This document shows, one piece after another, positions 49,901-58,611 of a stretch of DNA of 64,000 nucleotides. Origin of the DNA: Aplysia californica (lineage: Eukaryota); the NCBI RefSeq assembly GCF_000002075.1, contig NW_004797520.1:304072-368071 (forward strand), written 5' to 3'. Numbering within the stretch: the first letter of the stretch is position 1; each line of letters opens with the position of its first letter. Made by a program: the position numbers and the translations under genes. A model generated the notes under the pieces. The model was given only the letters and a program-made list of their open reading frames with translations. It searched no databases and had not been told where the DNA came from.

Positions 49901-51532
49901 CACAAAGTATTGTATATATTTGTACTTTCCTTTTGTTTCACACAGCGGAGGAGGATGGGGAGGATGAGGAGAAGCCGTGCGTTGAAGCGATGCAGCAATA
50001 TTATCTGGAGCAGCGGGACCCCCGGCCGATGACTTTTGGCGTCCAGTGTCAGAACTGTACCAGGTAATTACGGTTTTCATCTATCGTGGGATGTGGGTGT
50101 TTGGCGGGTGCTCTGGTGTGGTTTGCTTCTTCTTTCCTATCAGACATCTATCGTCCTTATCTCCCCTTCTTCTTTTTTATGTTTGTTACTCTCTTGTAAC
50201 ACCTCTAATCTTCTGGCACTCATATGACCTTATGCAGTTGCGAGCGCCGTAAAACCTCTACAAAAACAAAAACAAACCAGGGTTTTGGTCAATCGTGCGA
50301 TGCTGAATGTTGTTCTGACTTCAGCTGTCTTCTTTTGATATCTTTGTACCTCACCTTCCTTTCACATCCCATGTGTCTTTAGGCCATTCCAAAAGGGGGG
50401 GGCATTACCATGTTCTGTTGCACAGTAAAATTTTTAATGGGCTGATTCATCGATGTCATGCTCATACCTGAGCCTGAACTGCAACAGCGAACTGCTGCTT
50501 TTTCTTTCCTCATCCTTACTATCGTCTTTTTTTCCTTAACTTCTTTTGTATGTTTGTCACACTCTTGTTACCCACTATTTCCGGGGTGCCTTGATAGTGG
50601 AAGCAGACTTTGTGCTGTTGAAGCTAGAGAGGTGAGCAGAGTAAGCCTGATTCCCTGTAGGGACTTCTCTGTTGACATCCAAGTTGCGAACACCGTAAAA
50701 ACTTACTAAAACTAAAACTAACTATCCTGGGCTATATGCTCACCTCTTTCCAACGATATCCCATGTGTTAGTTCACAATCAAAGTCACTTTTCCAAGCAC
50801 TTTTAGACCCCTTCCTCTCTTTCTCTTTCCTTGTGGCCCATACCCTGAGACCGGTGTGACTTCATGTGTTGAATGTGTGTTGTTGTGCTGTCTCTGATCA
50901 CCAGGAATTACACAGTGGTGAAGATGAGGCACACCAACCTGCTGTTCATCGTCACCGACCCCATGTGCGAGGAGTGCACGGAGGAGTATCCCCCACTATC
51001 CCAGGCTCCCCGGGAGGTGTCGGAGGAAGAGGAGGAGAGCATCATCTGTGAGCTGGCGCAGAATCCACGCAAGAGACTCCAGCCTTTTGGGTGCTATCAC
51101 GCTGACCCCAGGGTGAGTACATTGGGTCGATAGCGCCGTAAAACACTTACTCAATCAATCTATCAAAAACCAGGATGAGTGCTGGGGAAGGAGGTGGGAC
51201 CCAAAGCTTCTTTTCTGGTTATTAACCCCTTCAGTGTGGGTGGTTTGCGGGTGCTCTGGTGTGGTTTGCTTCTTCTTTCCTATCAAATGTCTATCGTCCT
51301 TATCTCCCCTTCTTCTTTTTTGTGTTTGTTACGTTCTTGTAACTCCTCTAATCTTCGGCACTTATATGACCTTATTGTGTTGCAAGTACCGTAAAACTTC
51401 CTAAAACTTAAACTTTTTTCTCCACAGGAGAACAGCAAACAGTGTGGCTGTGCCGCCCTCCGGGTTTCCTATTTGTCGATATTCCTAGTATGTTTATCTG
51501 TCGTGCGGAGTTATCTATCGGACAGTCGGTGA
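637..51532 (+). CDS. CACNA2D: Voltage-dependent calcium channel subunit alpha-2/delta (37 coding exons, ~1081 aa)
   Basis: Phase-consistent GT-AG exon chain giving signal peptide, VWA_N ([27 protein letters not shown]), VWA ([32 protein letters not shown]), Cache segments ([40 protein letters not shown]), YDFQAAC, delta region (TNLLFIV) and a hydrophobic GPI-type C-terminus. Needs a -1 correction in G7 at 43713-43719. Paralogue number not assignable by eye. Confidence 0.96.
1896..1968 (+). CDS. CACNA2D: alpha2delta exon 2
   Basis: ttcag|(D)[24 protein letters not shown]|gtaagt. Confidence 0.88.
1969..2207. mobile_element. Foldback/MITE-like element with ~40-50 bp imperfect inverted arms around a (GGGGTA/GGGTTA)n core
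   Basis: aagaaaatttgggaggacttctgtaacgagcgaccac (1983-2019) is the imperfect reverse complement of 2152-2189; hexamer array 2047-2120. Confidence 0.65.
2895..3035 (+). CDS. CACNA2D: alpha2delta exon 3
   Basis: TYKEK...[17 protein letters not shown]|gtatga. Confidence 0.9.
3850..4222 (+). mobile_element. 5'-truncated non-LTR retrotransposon 3' end (I-group-like ORF2 CCHC zinc knuckle)
   Basis: [19 protein letters not shown]...[18 protein letters not shown]; (AAC)n tail; 12-bp TSD atcaaagggtat at 3838-3849 and 4223-4234. Confidence 0.88.
4345..4404 (+). CDS. CACNA2D: alpha2delta exon 4
   Basis: [20 protein letters not shown]|gtaagg. Confidence 0.9.
5013..5148 (+). CDS. CACNA2D: alpha2delta exon 5
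   Basis: [10 protein letters not shown]...[12 protein letters not shown]|gtaagt. Confidence 0.93.
5297..5920. repeat. Minisatellite: ~11 x 38 bp followed by ~5 x 40 bp related unit
   Basis: actgatatttatgtattgaataactggagcattttatt, then acagatatttacatgttggaaccactggagcattttttgt. Confidence 0.95.
6325..6456 (+). CDS. CACNA2D: alpha2delta exon 6
   Basis: [43 protein letters not shown]. Confidence 0.95.
7166..7220 (+). CDS. CACNA2D: alpha2delta exon 7
   Basis: [17 protein letters not shown](W)|gtaagt. Confidence 0.93.
8071..8121 (+). CDS. CACNA2D: alpha2delta exon 8
   Basis: [16 protein letters not shown](T)|gtacgt. Confidence 0.95.
8164..8396. mobile_element. ~235-bp non-autonomous DNA element, TTAA-flanked (Kolobok-like); further copies at 42746-42976 and inverted at 52641-52870
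   Basis: Three dispersed copies; termini (a/g)gacaagcgggcta ... tagccccttgtgct next to TTAA-like sites. Confidence 0.75.
8742..9101. mobile_element. TTAA-type MITE whose left junction is triplicated (3 x 52 bp)
   Basis: ttaa-ctcttttatctccga ... tcggagatatagag-ttgaa inverted termini; 52-bp unit starting at 8742, 8794, 8846. Confidence 0.65.
9190..9520 (+). mobile_element. ~330-bp interspersed repeat family (other copies 14099-14455, 50375-50720, 59807-60062, internally deleted copy 6128-6245)
   Basis: Shared ggccattc.caaagggggg...ggaactgctgctttttct...ggacttctctgttgacatcca; three copies end in the gccgtaaaac-type tail. Confidence 0.85.
9615..9714 (+). CDS. CACNA2D: alpha2delta exon 9 (VWA, MIDAS SGS)
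   Basis: [33 protein letters not shown]|gtaagt. Confidence 0.95.
9709..9800 (+). repeat. 3 x 30-bp tandem repeat containing the exon 9 donor
   Basis: ttcagtaagtagttgtctttggaaactttg; GT at 9715, 9745, 9775. Confidence 0.95.
10368..10815 (+). mobile_element. SINE-like element copy with internal ~42-bp tandem expansion
   Basis: ctccttctgtcctatcaaacgtctgtcttccttatctctc repeated about 8 times between the element head and tail. Confidence 0.85.
11095..11172 (+). CDS. CACNA2D: alpha2delta exon 10
   Basis: [26 protein letters not shown]|gtaaag. Confidence 0.93.
12179..12268 (+). CDS. CACNA2D: alpha2delta exon 11
   Basis: [30 protein letters not shown]|gtcagt. Confidence 0.92.
12905..13434 (+). 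mobile_element. tRNA-derived SINE with Meta-like central domain
   Basis: A box tggcctagagg, B box ggttcgaatcc, core ggcccgtgtg...gcacgttaaagatccc, tail gcgctcatatgaccttatgcagttgcgagcgccgtaaaac plus A-rich end; aaaacctct on both flanks; pyrimidine-rich insert at ~12998-13190. Confidence 0.8.
13500..13679 (+). mobile_element. Representative copy of the dominant ~175-bp SINE-like family (gtgggtggttgg...gccgtaaaac-(taaaac)n)
   Basis: Other + copies start at about 8427, 10368, 11188, 12677, 16200, 16458, 16893, 17257, 32775, 33127, 33494, 37525, 38692, 39282, 40407, 41025, 41796, 43437, 44347, 47371, 49381, 50093, 51235; variable-length TSDs visible for several. Confidence 0.9.
13734..13871 (+). 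CDS. CACNA2D: alpha2delta exon 12
   Basis: ...[34 protein letters not shown]|gtgagt. Confidence 0.95.
14642..14720 (+). CDS. CACNA2D: alpha2delta exon 13
   Basis: [26 protein letters not shown]|gtgagg. Confidence 0.95.
15086..15135 (+). CDS. CACNA2D: alpha2delta exon 14
   Basis: (G)[16 protein letters not shown]|gtaaca, phase 0. Confidence 0.93.
17665..17932. repeat. ~21-bp minisatellite
   Basis: ggttacaaagtattcacagaa repeated. Confidence 0.9.
19104..19208 (+). CDS. CACNA2D: candidate mutually exclusive exon 15a
   Basis: ggcag|[35 protein letters not shown]|gtataa; 105 nt, phase 0-0; Y2, V5, L6, R8, P9, W20 shared with 15c. Confidence 0.8.
20812..20892 (+). CDS. CACNA2D: candidate mutually exclusive exon 15b
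   Basis: cccag|[27 protein letters not shown]|gtatga; 81 nt, phase 0-0; Y2, L6, W20, Y24 shared with 15c. Confidence 0.7.
22630..22937. repeat. ~40-46 bp purine-rich minisatellite
   Basis: gagattataggaggcaaagagagacagtgaacaaacaat repeated about 7 times. Confidence 0.9.
24885..25170. repeat. Tandem repeat ending in the polypyrimidine tract of exon 15c
   Basis: ggtggatgggaatgtg..cttacacgtgtgtgtcttca(atgtgtagtgtgttctcttccccttca) x5. Confidence 0.9.
25178..25261 (+). CDS. CACNA2D: alpha2delta exon 15c (most family-like variant)
   Basis: tcaag|[28 protein letters not shown]|gtattt; matches the family pattern EYLxVLxRPMV...WTNxYxD. Confidence 0.92.
28817..28867 (+). CDS. candidate alternative exon resembling exon 16
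   Basis: tctcag|[17 protein letters not shown]|gtatta; 51 nt, phase 0-0; LxxYN[KR][TS]xxS shared with exon 16. Confidence 0.35.
29947..29952 (+). CDS. candidate 6-nt microexon (Asp-Leu)
   Basis: ttttactgtacag|GACTTG|gtaaga, frame-preserving. Confidence 0.45.
30369..30425 (+). CDS. CACNA2D: alpha2delta exon 16
   Basis: [19 protein letters not shown]|gtacgt. Confidence 0.93.
31006..31083 (+). CDS. CACNA2D: alpha2delta exon 17
   Basis: [26 protein letters not shown]|gtctgt. Confidence 0.93.
31610..31684 (+). CDS. CACNA2D: alpha2delta exon 18
   Basis: [25 protein letters not shown]|gtgagt. Confidence 0.95.
32124..32207 (+). CDS. CACNA2D: alpha2delta exon 19
   Basis: [28 protein letters not shown]|gtatgt. 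Confidence 0.9.
32180..32475 (+). repeat. ~4.5 x 66-bp tandem repeat of exon 19 3' end plus donor
   Basis: gaagacaaggatgatgcgat.aattcg|gtatgta; GT at 32208, 32274, 32340, 32406. Confidence 0.95.
32674..32745 (+). CDS. CACNA2D: alpha2delta exon 20
   Basis: [24 protein letters not shown]|gtaagt. Confidence 0.92.
33336..33397 (+). CDS. CACNA2D: alpha2delta exon 21
   Basis: [20 protein letters not shown](R)|gtgaga. Confidence 0.92.
34334..35375. mobile_element. ~1.04-kb non-autonomous DNA transposon, TTAA TSD (piggyBac-like)
   Basis: ttaa-ctcattcgcta ... tagcgaatgag-ttaa, perfect 11-bp TIR; no transposase ORF. Confidence 0.8.
35442..35509 (+). CDS. CACNA2D: alpha2delta exon 22
   Basis: [22 protein letters not shown]|gtaatt. 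Confidence 0.87.
36064..36112 (+). CDS. CACNA2D: alpha2delta exon 23
   Basis: [15 protein letters not shown](W)|gtaagt. Confidence 0.87.
36852..36940 (+). CDS. CACNA2D: alpha2delta exon 24
   Basis: [29 protein letters not shown]|gtaaga. Confidence 0.85.
37708..37789 (+). CDS. CACNA2D: alpha2delta exon 25
   Basis: (W)[26 protein letters not shown]|gtaagg. Confidence 0.87.
41730..41795 (+). CDS. CACNA2D: alpha2delta exon 26
   Basis: [21 protein letters not shown]|gtgggt. Confidence 0.88.
41796..41972 (+). mobile_element. SINE-like copy inserted at the exon 26 donor
   Basis: TSD agtcccaaaaggt (41785-41797) / agtcccgaaaggt (41973-41985). Confidence 0.85.
42366..42469 (+). CDS. CACNA2D: alpha2delta exon 27
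   Basis: [34 protein letters not shown]|gtatgt. Confidence 0.9.
42562..42728. repeat. 11-bp tandem repeat
   Basis: catgtgttcta repeated about 15 times. Confidence 0.95.
43166..43270 (+). CDS. CACNA2D: alpha2delta exon 28
   Basis: [34 protein letters not shown]|gtaagg. Confidence 0.88.
43579..43758 (+). CDS. CACNA2D: alpha2delta exon 29 (apparent +1 frameshift in G7)
   Basis: [15 protein letters not shown]...[23 protein letters not shown]|gtgtgt. Confidence 0.88.
44004..44074 (+). CDS. CACNA2D: alpha2delta exon 30
   Basis: [23 protein letters not shown]|gtaagt. Confidence 0.93.
44100..45022. repeat. ~59-bp minisatellite interrupted by a SINE-like copy (44347-44695) with a multiplied tail
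   Basis: tgtaacacacagggctatcaggaccattgcctgctcattgctgtactgtctc units. Confidence 0.9.
45573..45651 (+). CDS. CACNA2D: alpha2delta exon 31
   Basis: [26 protein letters not shown]|gtaagt. Confidence 0.93.
46190..46660. repeat. ~40-bp minisatellite
   Basis: ttattttcaaggtgacttcctgattactaagaagcatatg repeated about 11 times, decaying toward the exon 32 acceptor. Confidence 0.95.
46826..46887 (+). CDS. CACNA2D: alpha2delta exon 32
   Basis: [20 protein letters not shown](W)|gtgcgt. Confidence 0.9.
46942..46988 (+). CDS. candidate alternative exon replacing exons 33+34
   Basis: ctgcag|[15 protein letters not shown]|gtgagg; phase 2 to 1 like exons 33+34; FDLCEWFL resembles FNLYSWLF. Confidence 0.4.
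47963..47989 (+). CDS. CACNA2D: alpha2delta exon 33 (27 nt)
   Basis: ccacag|AFVNFNLY|gtatgt. Confidence 0.82.
49325..49356 (+). CDS. CACNA2D: alpha2delta exon 34 (32 nt, predicted alpha2/delta cleavage region)
   Basis: ttcag|[10 protein letters not shown](A)|gtaagt, phase 2 to 1. Confidence 0.8.
49946..50063 (+). CDS. CACNA2D: alpha2delta exon 35
   Basis: [38 protein letters not shown](R)|gtaatt. Confidence 0.92.
50905..51112 (+). CDS. CACNA2D: alpha2delta exon 36
   Basis: [24 protein letters not shown]...CYHADPR|gtgagt. Confidence 0.95.
51428..51532 (+). CDS. CACNA2D: alpha2delta exon 37 (last coding; GPI-signal-like tail)
   Basis: [34 protein letters not shown]. Confidence 0.9.
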   Translation, partial: ENSKQCGCAALRVSYLSIFLVCLSVVRSYLSDSR

Positions 51533-54500
51533 TGGCTGAGTCCGCTGTGGCCATGGCAACGACAATATTCATCAAAGCAAAGACAAGTTTTGAATCAACG
51601 CAACAGGACTGTGCTGGCCAGCTAAAAGCATACAGTGATCGGTTTTCAACCCCCTGCTCTGTCCCGAGATGACCTTCAGATGTATGGATTGACCTGTGAC
51701 CTTGTCACTTTCCTTCATGGAGATCATATTTGAAAGTTGTTAGTGATTGTTAGCGTTTAGTACAGGAAAGTTATTGAAACATGTTACAAAGTTTTTGGTG
51801 AAGCTTAATTAAGGTGTACCGTACCTAAATTTTCTGGATGTAACTTTGGAAAGTTTGAGGTGTGCAAAATCATGTCATGCTGAATTTTTCTGTATGTCAT
51901 TGTATTCTAAGATTTGTGGCAACTGCCAATATTTCTGATGCCAGAAAGTTCTGTCATTTAATTGCTTTTAGTTAGGATGTGGGTTAAGGCGGGAAGGAAT
52001 GTGGCCTATTTGGTTTCGTTTTGTTTTTTTCCCCACCTTTCTCGTGGTTTTCACTACCTGATCCTTGTTCTTGAGATCACCGCTATTTATATCAATAATT
52101 GTTATTTTGAATGAGATTTATGAGCCTGGTGTTGTTTTATGCTGAAGTGAGCAGGAACTATTTTGTTGTACGCCATGACCTGTGAAATGGTTGTGTGTTG
52201 TTTTTGGTGCAACCGGACTTGATTCCTTGATTTTGTTTGCTGGCTTGATATTGTGTGTTTCTTTTGTCTTCTCACAGGTGCACTAAATCTATGTTCTGAA
52301 TGTCAACCTTTTGTGCCATTTGAGTCGGGGGGAGAATTGCTACACCAGAAGAACTCACGCTGGACATTTGTGGGGAAATGTTGAGTTATAATAGGATGAC
52401 GTGAACATGAATGCGGAGAGATTTTTGTCTATCAGTTTTTCTCTCATTTTTGGAGGGTGAAGGTTCAGGGAGTTTTTGAGAAGGCATAGGTTTTTATTGA
52501 GCATGGCTGATTCACAGAGGCTGGGAATTTTGGTTCCTTTTGAGTTCTCAATAGAAGTGATGTATCATCTTCCAAGATTGATTTTCAACTTTGTCATGGA
52601 CATGGAGTTAAAAAGAAATCAAGTGTGACATTTGGCCACTTTCAAGCACAAGGGGCTATCCCAAAATATGTTGTTTTGAGAAAACCAAAGGTTAAGTTTT
52701 TGTCCCTTGTTCAGTTTCTTTAAAAGACAAGGAGAGTTTTCTCTATACTCAAACAAATATACACTCCAATGAAACCAAACTTTTCCTATAGGTAGGACAA
52801 TGCCCACTTTTGGTGTAGGTCAAGATTTCTGGAAACCCCTGAACTTTGGGTTAGCCCGTTTGTCCTTAAAAGCAACCATTTATTCTAAAATCAACTTTTG
52901 TGTTATGAAAAGATGGCCTGGTTTTACGATTGCTGCTGTGTTACAATGTGACTGAGGGCTGAGTGTGTCTGTGAGACTATTGCAACACGTTACTGCTCCT
53001 TCGCTGATGTTGCTAGACTTTTTTAGTTCTCTGTCTTCAGCCACGGTCCACACTGTTGTTGGTCAAAAAGTAAATGGCACTGTTTTTATTCACATTTTTG
53101 TAGTGTTAGGGTTTTCTGTAACTGATGGACAAATCGAAGGAGAACAGAAAAAGTACAAAATGGGGTTAACGTTTGGGTTTTTTGTTTGTGGGTTTGGTGA
53201 GATTTTGTAAAATCTCAAGTGGGCGGGGCTTTGTATTTGGGTGAGAAAGTCTCTTTTATTGGGAAATGTCTCTTCATAATAATTTGTTTTAGCTGTACCC
53301 ATTTTGTGCTGTTTCATTTTTATTTATTTTTAAATTGTTGTGATGTAATTTCAGTTTGTTTTTGTTTTATTATGAATCTCAGTTCTTTGATGTTTTTATT
53401 TCAGATTTTCTTTCCTGCTTTGATGTATTTTCATAAATGTAGCCTCATGCTGAACAAGATTTTTCTCATAGTTGATTCAAGTATGAAAAAAAATTGCTAA
53501 TGTTATTGATGGATTCACCAAAATCAAGTGTACACTTTATGTAGTAACATCAAACTGGGCAAATTTGATTTTTGAAACATTTTTTATAGTTTCCTAAACA
53601 ACTGAACTTTTTTTTGGGTTTGGTTTTCAAGGGAAAAACTGTTGGGAGTTAATAACTTTTTGAAGCCCTTGGTGGAAAATCGTTCGGTGTACATGTTAAT
53701 TTTCACCATATTTTGTTTCCCGTGGAGGCTGTGACTGGATTACCCTTGTGTTGCGTTTTGTCGTGTTTATGAAAAGCTCATTTTAGAAATCGCTGTCCAT
53801 GCCGTGAGAATGCTCAAAATCAGCCGCTTCCACCGAGCGCTGAAACAAAAGGTTATGGTTTATTTCTTGCTGCCCGTGTTTTGGATAGGAAAATGACCAA
53901 CGACCTCCAGGAGTGGGAGTGTAGCCGTGGTTGGGATGTAGCTTTAAGATGGTCTCTGTATACGACGTCGTTTTACACTTTAAAAAAAGATATATGTCAT
54001 TTAATTGATCCCAGAAGGGCAGTTTGGTTTACAATGGCAAACATACATACACACACACATAAATACATAATTATAAATGCATCCTCACATTAATACATAC
54101 ACATAAACATTCATAAATGCACAATATGACGCTAATACAGAACATGCCATAGCTGGTCGCCACTGTGCAGCGCCCTGTTTGTTGAACTAGGGTTGTCGTG
54201 TCTTGATTCTATTTCTCTAGATATCCGCTGTTTTATTATTCTTTGAAAATTGTACTTTGCGTGGGAATTACATGTGCAGCAAGTGAGACTAATGAGGTAG
54301 TTTTGTCCATTTAGAAAAAATATCTAGGCCTACGTTTTGGGGGTGGTGGAGGACTGATTTTGAGACAAAGTCAATATTTTAACAGTTCGGACTACATTAG
54401 AGCCAAATTGTCCCACATATATATATCTATGTCAGTTTGAGTGGTGTTCTTATTGTTTACCTCTTTCCCTGCCATTATAAAAACAATATACATCAGGAAG

Positions 54501-54919
54501 ACTTTATTTTGGTAGGGGTACTACTGCTGGTGTCAGTTTTTGAGATTTATACATTTGATGTACTTGTACATTTTAGGTTTTTTTAAAAATAGGTTAAGTT
54601 GTAACAAAGATTTTTATTCTCACCTCTTGAGATCTCTTGGGTGGAAGAATCAATATTTGTATTCAGTTTCAGAAACTTTGTTTATGACGAAACAAAACGT
54701 TTGTCCTGCATAATCACGGTTCATGTGTCCCTCCTGTTGTAAATACTTTTTTTTCCCCCTCACCATAAGATGACGCTAGTCGATGTGATATGTGATAAGA
54801 AGAGGCCACATTCCCTGTGTGTGTGTGTGAACCACAATTATGCACAAACCTGCTGCTTGTTCTCCCCCCCCCCCCCCCCTCGTGATCTTGTATATACTTG
54901 ATATGTGGCTCGCGTAGAT

Positions 54920-55530
54920 GGCTGCTGGGATGTATGTCTGTACGTCTGACGTAAATAGCTTGCTGTGATGTATATCTGAAGTAAATAGAAACAGCTGCTG
55001 TGATGTATGTCTGGCGTAAACAGCTGCTGTGATGTATGTCTGACGTAAACAGCACAGAAACAGCTGCTGTGATGTATGTCTGGCGTAAACAGCGCAGAAA
55101 CAGCTGCATGTATGTCTGAGTTAAACAGCTTGCTGTGATGTTTGTCTGATGTAAACAGCTGCTGTGATGTTTGTCTGATTTAAACAGCACAGAAACAGCT
55201 GCTGTGATGTATGTCTGAGTTAAACAGCACAGAAACAGCTGCTGTGATGTATGTCTGAGTTAAACAGTACAGAAACAGCTGCTGTGATGTATGTCTGAGT
55301 TAAACAGCTTGCTGTGATGTATGTCTGAGTTAAACAGTACAGAAACAGCTGCTGTGATGTATGTCTGAGTTAAACAGCTTGCTGTGATGTATATCTGACG
55401 TAAACAGCATGTAAACAGCTGCTGTGATGTATGTCTGTACGTCTGACGCAAACAGCTGCTGTGATGTATGTGAGACGTAAACAGCTGCTGTGATGTATGT
55501 GAGACGTAAACAGCTGCTGTGAGCTGCTGG
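54920..55530. repeat. Compound minisatellite in the putative 3' UTR
   Basis: aaacagctgctgtgatgtatgtctga(g/c).t units of ~29-39 bp. Confidence 0.92.
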
Positions 55531-55789
55531 CACAAACACTAAACTTGCTGCAGTACGGAAGAAACTACTGTGAAGACAAGAACTGATTGTCCTGTGTGCG
55601 TGTTTGAGTTTTTCTGCTCACTCTATTGTGGTTGGGGAAAAAGTAGTGAGACATTTAAACAATATTTATGCGAGTGTGTGCAATAGTTTGTGAGTACGCC
55701 TGTGCTGAGGAACTGGGGGAAAGCTGTTTGTAAAAAATGTACCTGCTGTTTGATGTTGTGTGAGCCGCCTCAAAATGTGAATAGTCCGA

Positions 55790-56045
55790 TGCATCGGTTT
55801 GATTGTTAGAATAGTACTATGTGTCAGTTTGATTGTCTGAATAGTACAATGTGTTGTTGATTGTCTGAATAGTGTGATGTGTTGGTTTGATTGTCTGAAT
55901 AGTGTGATGTGTTGGTTTGATTGTCTGAATAGTACAATGTGTCGGTTTGATTGTCTGAATAGTACAATCAGTCGGTTTGGTTGTCTGAATAGTTCAATGT
56001 GTCTGTTTGATTGTCTGAATAATCCGATGTGTTGCTTTGATTGTC
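55790..56045. repeat. 30-bp minisatellite
   Basis: ggtttgattgtctgaatagt.caatgtgt repeated about 8 times. Confidence 0.9.
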
Positions 56046-56628
56046 AGTCTCCTTGCCAGTTCTACAGAGACTCGAATCATTTTGTTTTTATTTGAATGTT
56101 TAACTCCCTTATAGACACAAACTGGTCTCTGCCTGCAAGGAAAGAAAAATAGAAGATGGCTGAAATGATACATGCTGGTAAATATCTTGCATGTACTCAT
56201 CACAGTATAGGTACTTGTGTGTGACATTTCACCATTGAAGGGTTTGCACAGGTGCGCAGTGAGTATATTTATTGTTTTGCAACCCACTCAAAGAGAATAC
56301 CGGTAATTCAGATTTTCCTCAATTTTTTGTCTTTCAGTGGCAATGGAGATTTTTTGGACTTTGTAGGGAGATTTATTTGAGATCTGAATGTACCTGTAGT
56401 AGTATTTGGAAAAGTGAACTTTTTTTCTTTTTTTTTACTAATCCTTGGAAATATTTTTTGAGATTTTACTTTCTTGCTCTCCTNNNNNNNNNNNNNNNNN
56501 NNNNNNNNNNNNNNNNNNNNNNNNNNNNNNNNNNNNNNNNNNNNNNNNNNNNNNNNNNNNNNNNNNNNNNNNNNNNNNNNNNNNNNNNNNNNNNNNNNNN
56601 NNNNNNNNNNNNNNNNNNNNNNNNNNNN

Positions 56629-56900
56629 TTGTCTCTCTTTGTCTCTGTTTGTCTCTCTCTTTGTCTCTCTCTTTGTCTCTCTCTTTGTCTCTCTTTGTCT
56701 CTCTCTTTATCTCTCTCTCTTTGTCTCTGTGTGTCTCTCTCTTTGTCTCTGTGTGTCTCTCTCTTTGTCTCTCTTTGTCTCTCTCTTTATCTCTCTCTCT
56801 TTGTCTCTCTTTGTCTCTCTCTTTGTCTCTGTGTGTCTCTCTCTTTGTCTCTGTGTGTCTCTCTCTTTGTCTCTGTGTGTCTCTCTCTTTGTCTCTCTCT
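56629..56900. repeat. CT-rich compound microsatellite beside an assembly gap
   Basis: (ttgtctctctct)n. Confidence 0.95.
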
Positions 56901-58392
56901 TTCCCTACCCTGAAATAATCCTTCATGTTGATGTGATGTGGTTTTTTCCCTCCTTTGCTACTCGCGAACTGAGTCTGTCTTGTTCTAACTCCCAATCTCT
57001 GACTTTTGGAAGTTCTTGTCACGGCTGTCATGGCTGATGAAAAAAAAAAATGTTTTCTTTCAGCCCCAAATTATTACAGTTCATGCCCATGTTCTGTAGA
57101 ATTTAAGTTTCATTTTGTACCAATACCTATTTTCGTGAATGACATTCAGTACTTTCAAATCATTTCGTTCAGAATCTGAAAAATGGAGGAAGTACGAGAT
57201 ACGACTAAGTTTGCGAGCGATTCAAATTTTCCCATTTGCAATATTTATGGAGATAGGAGTTTGAACCTAGCAATGAGAAGTTTAACAATCCCAAGATAAA
57301 GCCTTGTGAAACCAGTGAAAGTAAAATGCGACCACCTATTTATATCTTTGGTGCATGGCACCATGATGACCCAAATGTGGCCAGACGGGGAGAAGAACCC
57401 CTGGATGTGTGTCGTAAGTCAAGTAAGTGCTGAATGGAGGGGCTAAAGTTTACTTTTACCATGAAACTTTACATGTATTCCAGTGTGGCTGAATTTAAAG
57501 GAAGAACTCTTCATTACAACGCATATCAAGTGAAAAGCTTTTTAATTATAATTGTTTATTTTGATGCATACAATTTTTGGTATGAGAGTATTGAGAGAGA
57601 GTGCGTTGTATGGAATGGTGCTTTTATTTTTGTATTACCATAGTAATTTGTCACTGATTGTTGTGCACACATTGTTCATGCGCCGGTCAGACCTGTCCCT
57701 TGAATGTGATTGTTTCGTATTGTTTCAAAAGTCGTGCAGATTGTTCGCAGACAACATATGAGGAGTCCACTGAAAAAATGGGTTTAGTCACAAACTGGAA
57801 ATTGTGAGGGTGCCAATTTTAAAAGCTTGTGGACTCATAACTTCATATTTGTTTGATTGGTGGTTTATTTTATATGTTTGTTGGATGGGAAATCTAACAA
57901 CAGTAATCGGCCAACAGTTGAACAGAAATACTGTTATGAGTCAACAAGCGTTCAAAATTGGTACCCTCCCGATTTTCAGTTTGACTACTGTCGTTTTTTT
58001 CCTTGTAGCCTTCATGTGTTTTCAGTGATTATATCAAAAGTTTGTGGTTGGCAATGGTGAACTGATACATAGCCAAAATACTGTGCCGTATTTACGGTAG
58101 TTCATTTTATTGCATAGACATGCATATATGGCTATGCCTATCAGATTTTTTTTATAGAATACATCTGACTCTTTTTCTATAATTTAAATGTTTCAGTGTT
58201 TGAAGAGGAAAGCTGTGTGTCAGTTTAGGCATCTATCTTGGTTGAAACAGTGGATGTGCTGCAATAAGATTATATTGTTAGTTTCTTTCTTACGCCTTTG
58301 ATCAGTCATTATATACCCAAGACATACCCTCTATACTCAGCTAGTCTCTGGAAATATGCCTCTTATATAATTATATAGATGTGATGTCTACA

Positions 58393-58398
58393 AATAAA
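58393..58398 (+). terminator. Candidate polyadenylation signal of the alpha2delta transcript
   Basis: First AATAAA I could find after the stop codon, followed by U/GU-rich sequence; a second lies at 59632-59637. Confidence 0.35.
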
Positions 58399-58524
58399 AT
58401 TATAAGACGTAGAAGTTGATTTCTCTCTCTATAAAAAGTATTATAGATATTCGTGTAAAAGTAATCTCTGGTATGGTTGTTTTTCCTTTTACTGCAGTTA
58501 GTTCCACTGCCTTAATGGGTCTCA

Positions 58525-58533
58525 TGTGTGTGC

Positions 58534-58608
<75 letters not shown>
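58525..58608. repeat. (GT)n microsatellite
   Basis: Direct observation. Confidence 0.97.
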
Positions 58609-58611
<3 letters not shown>

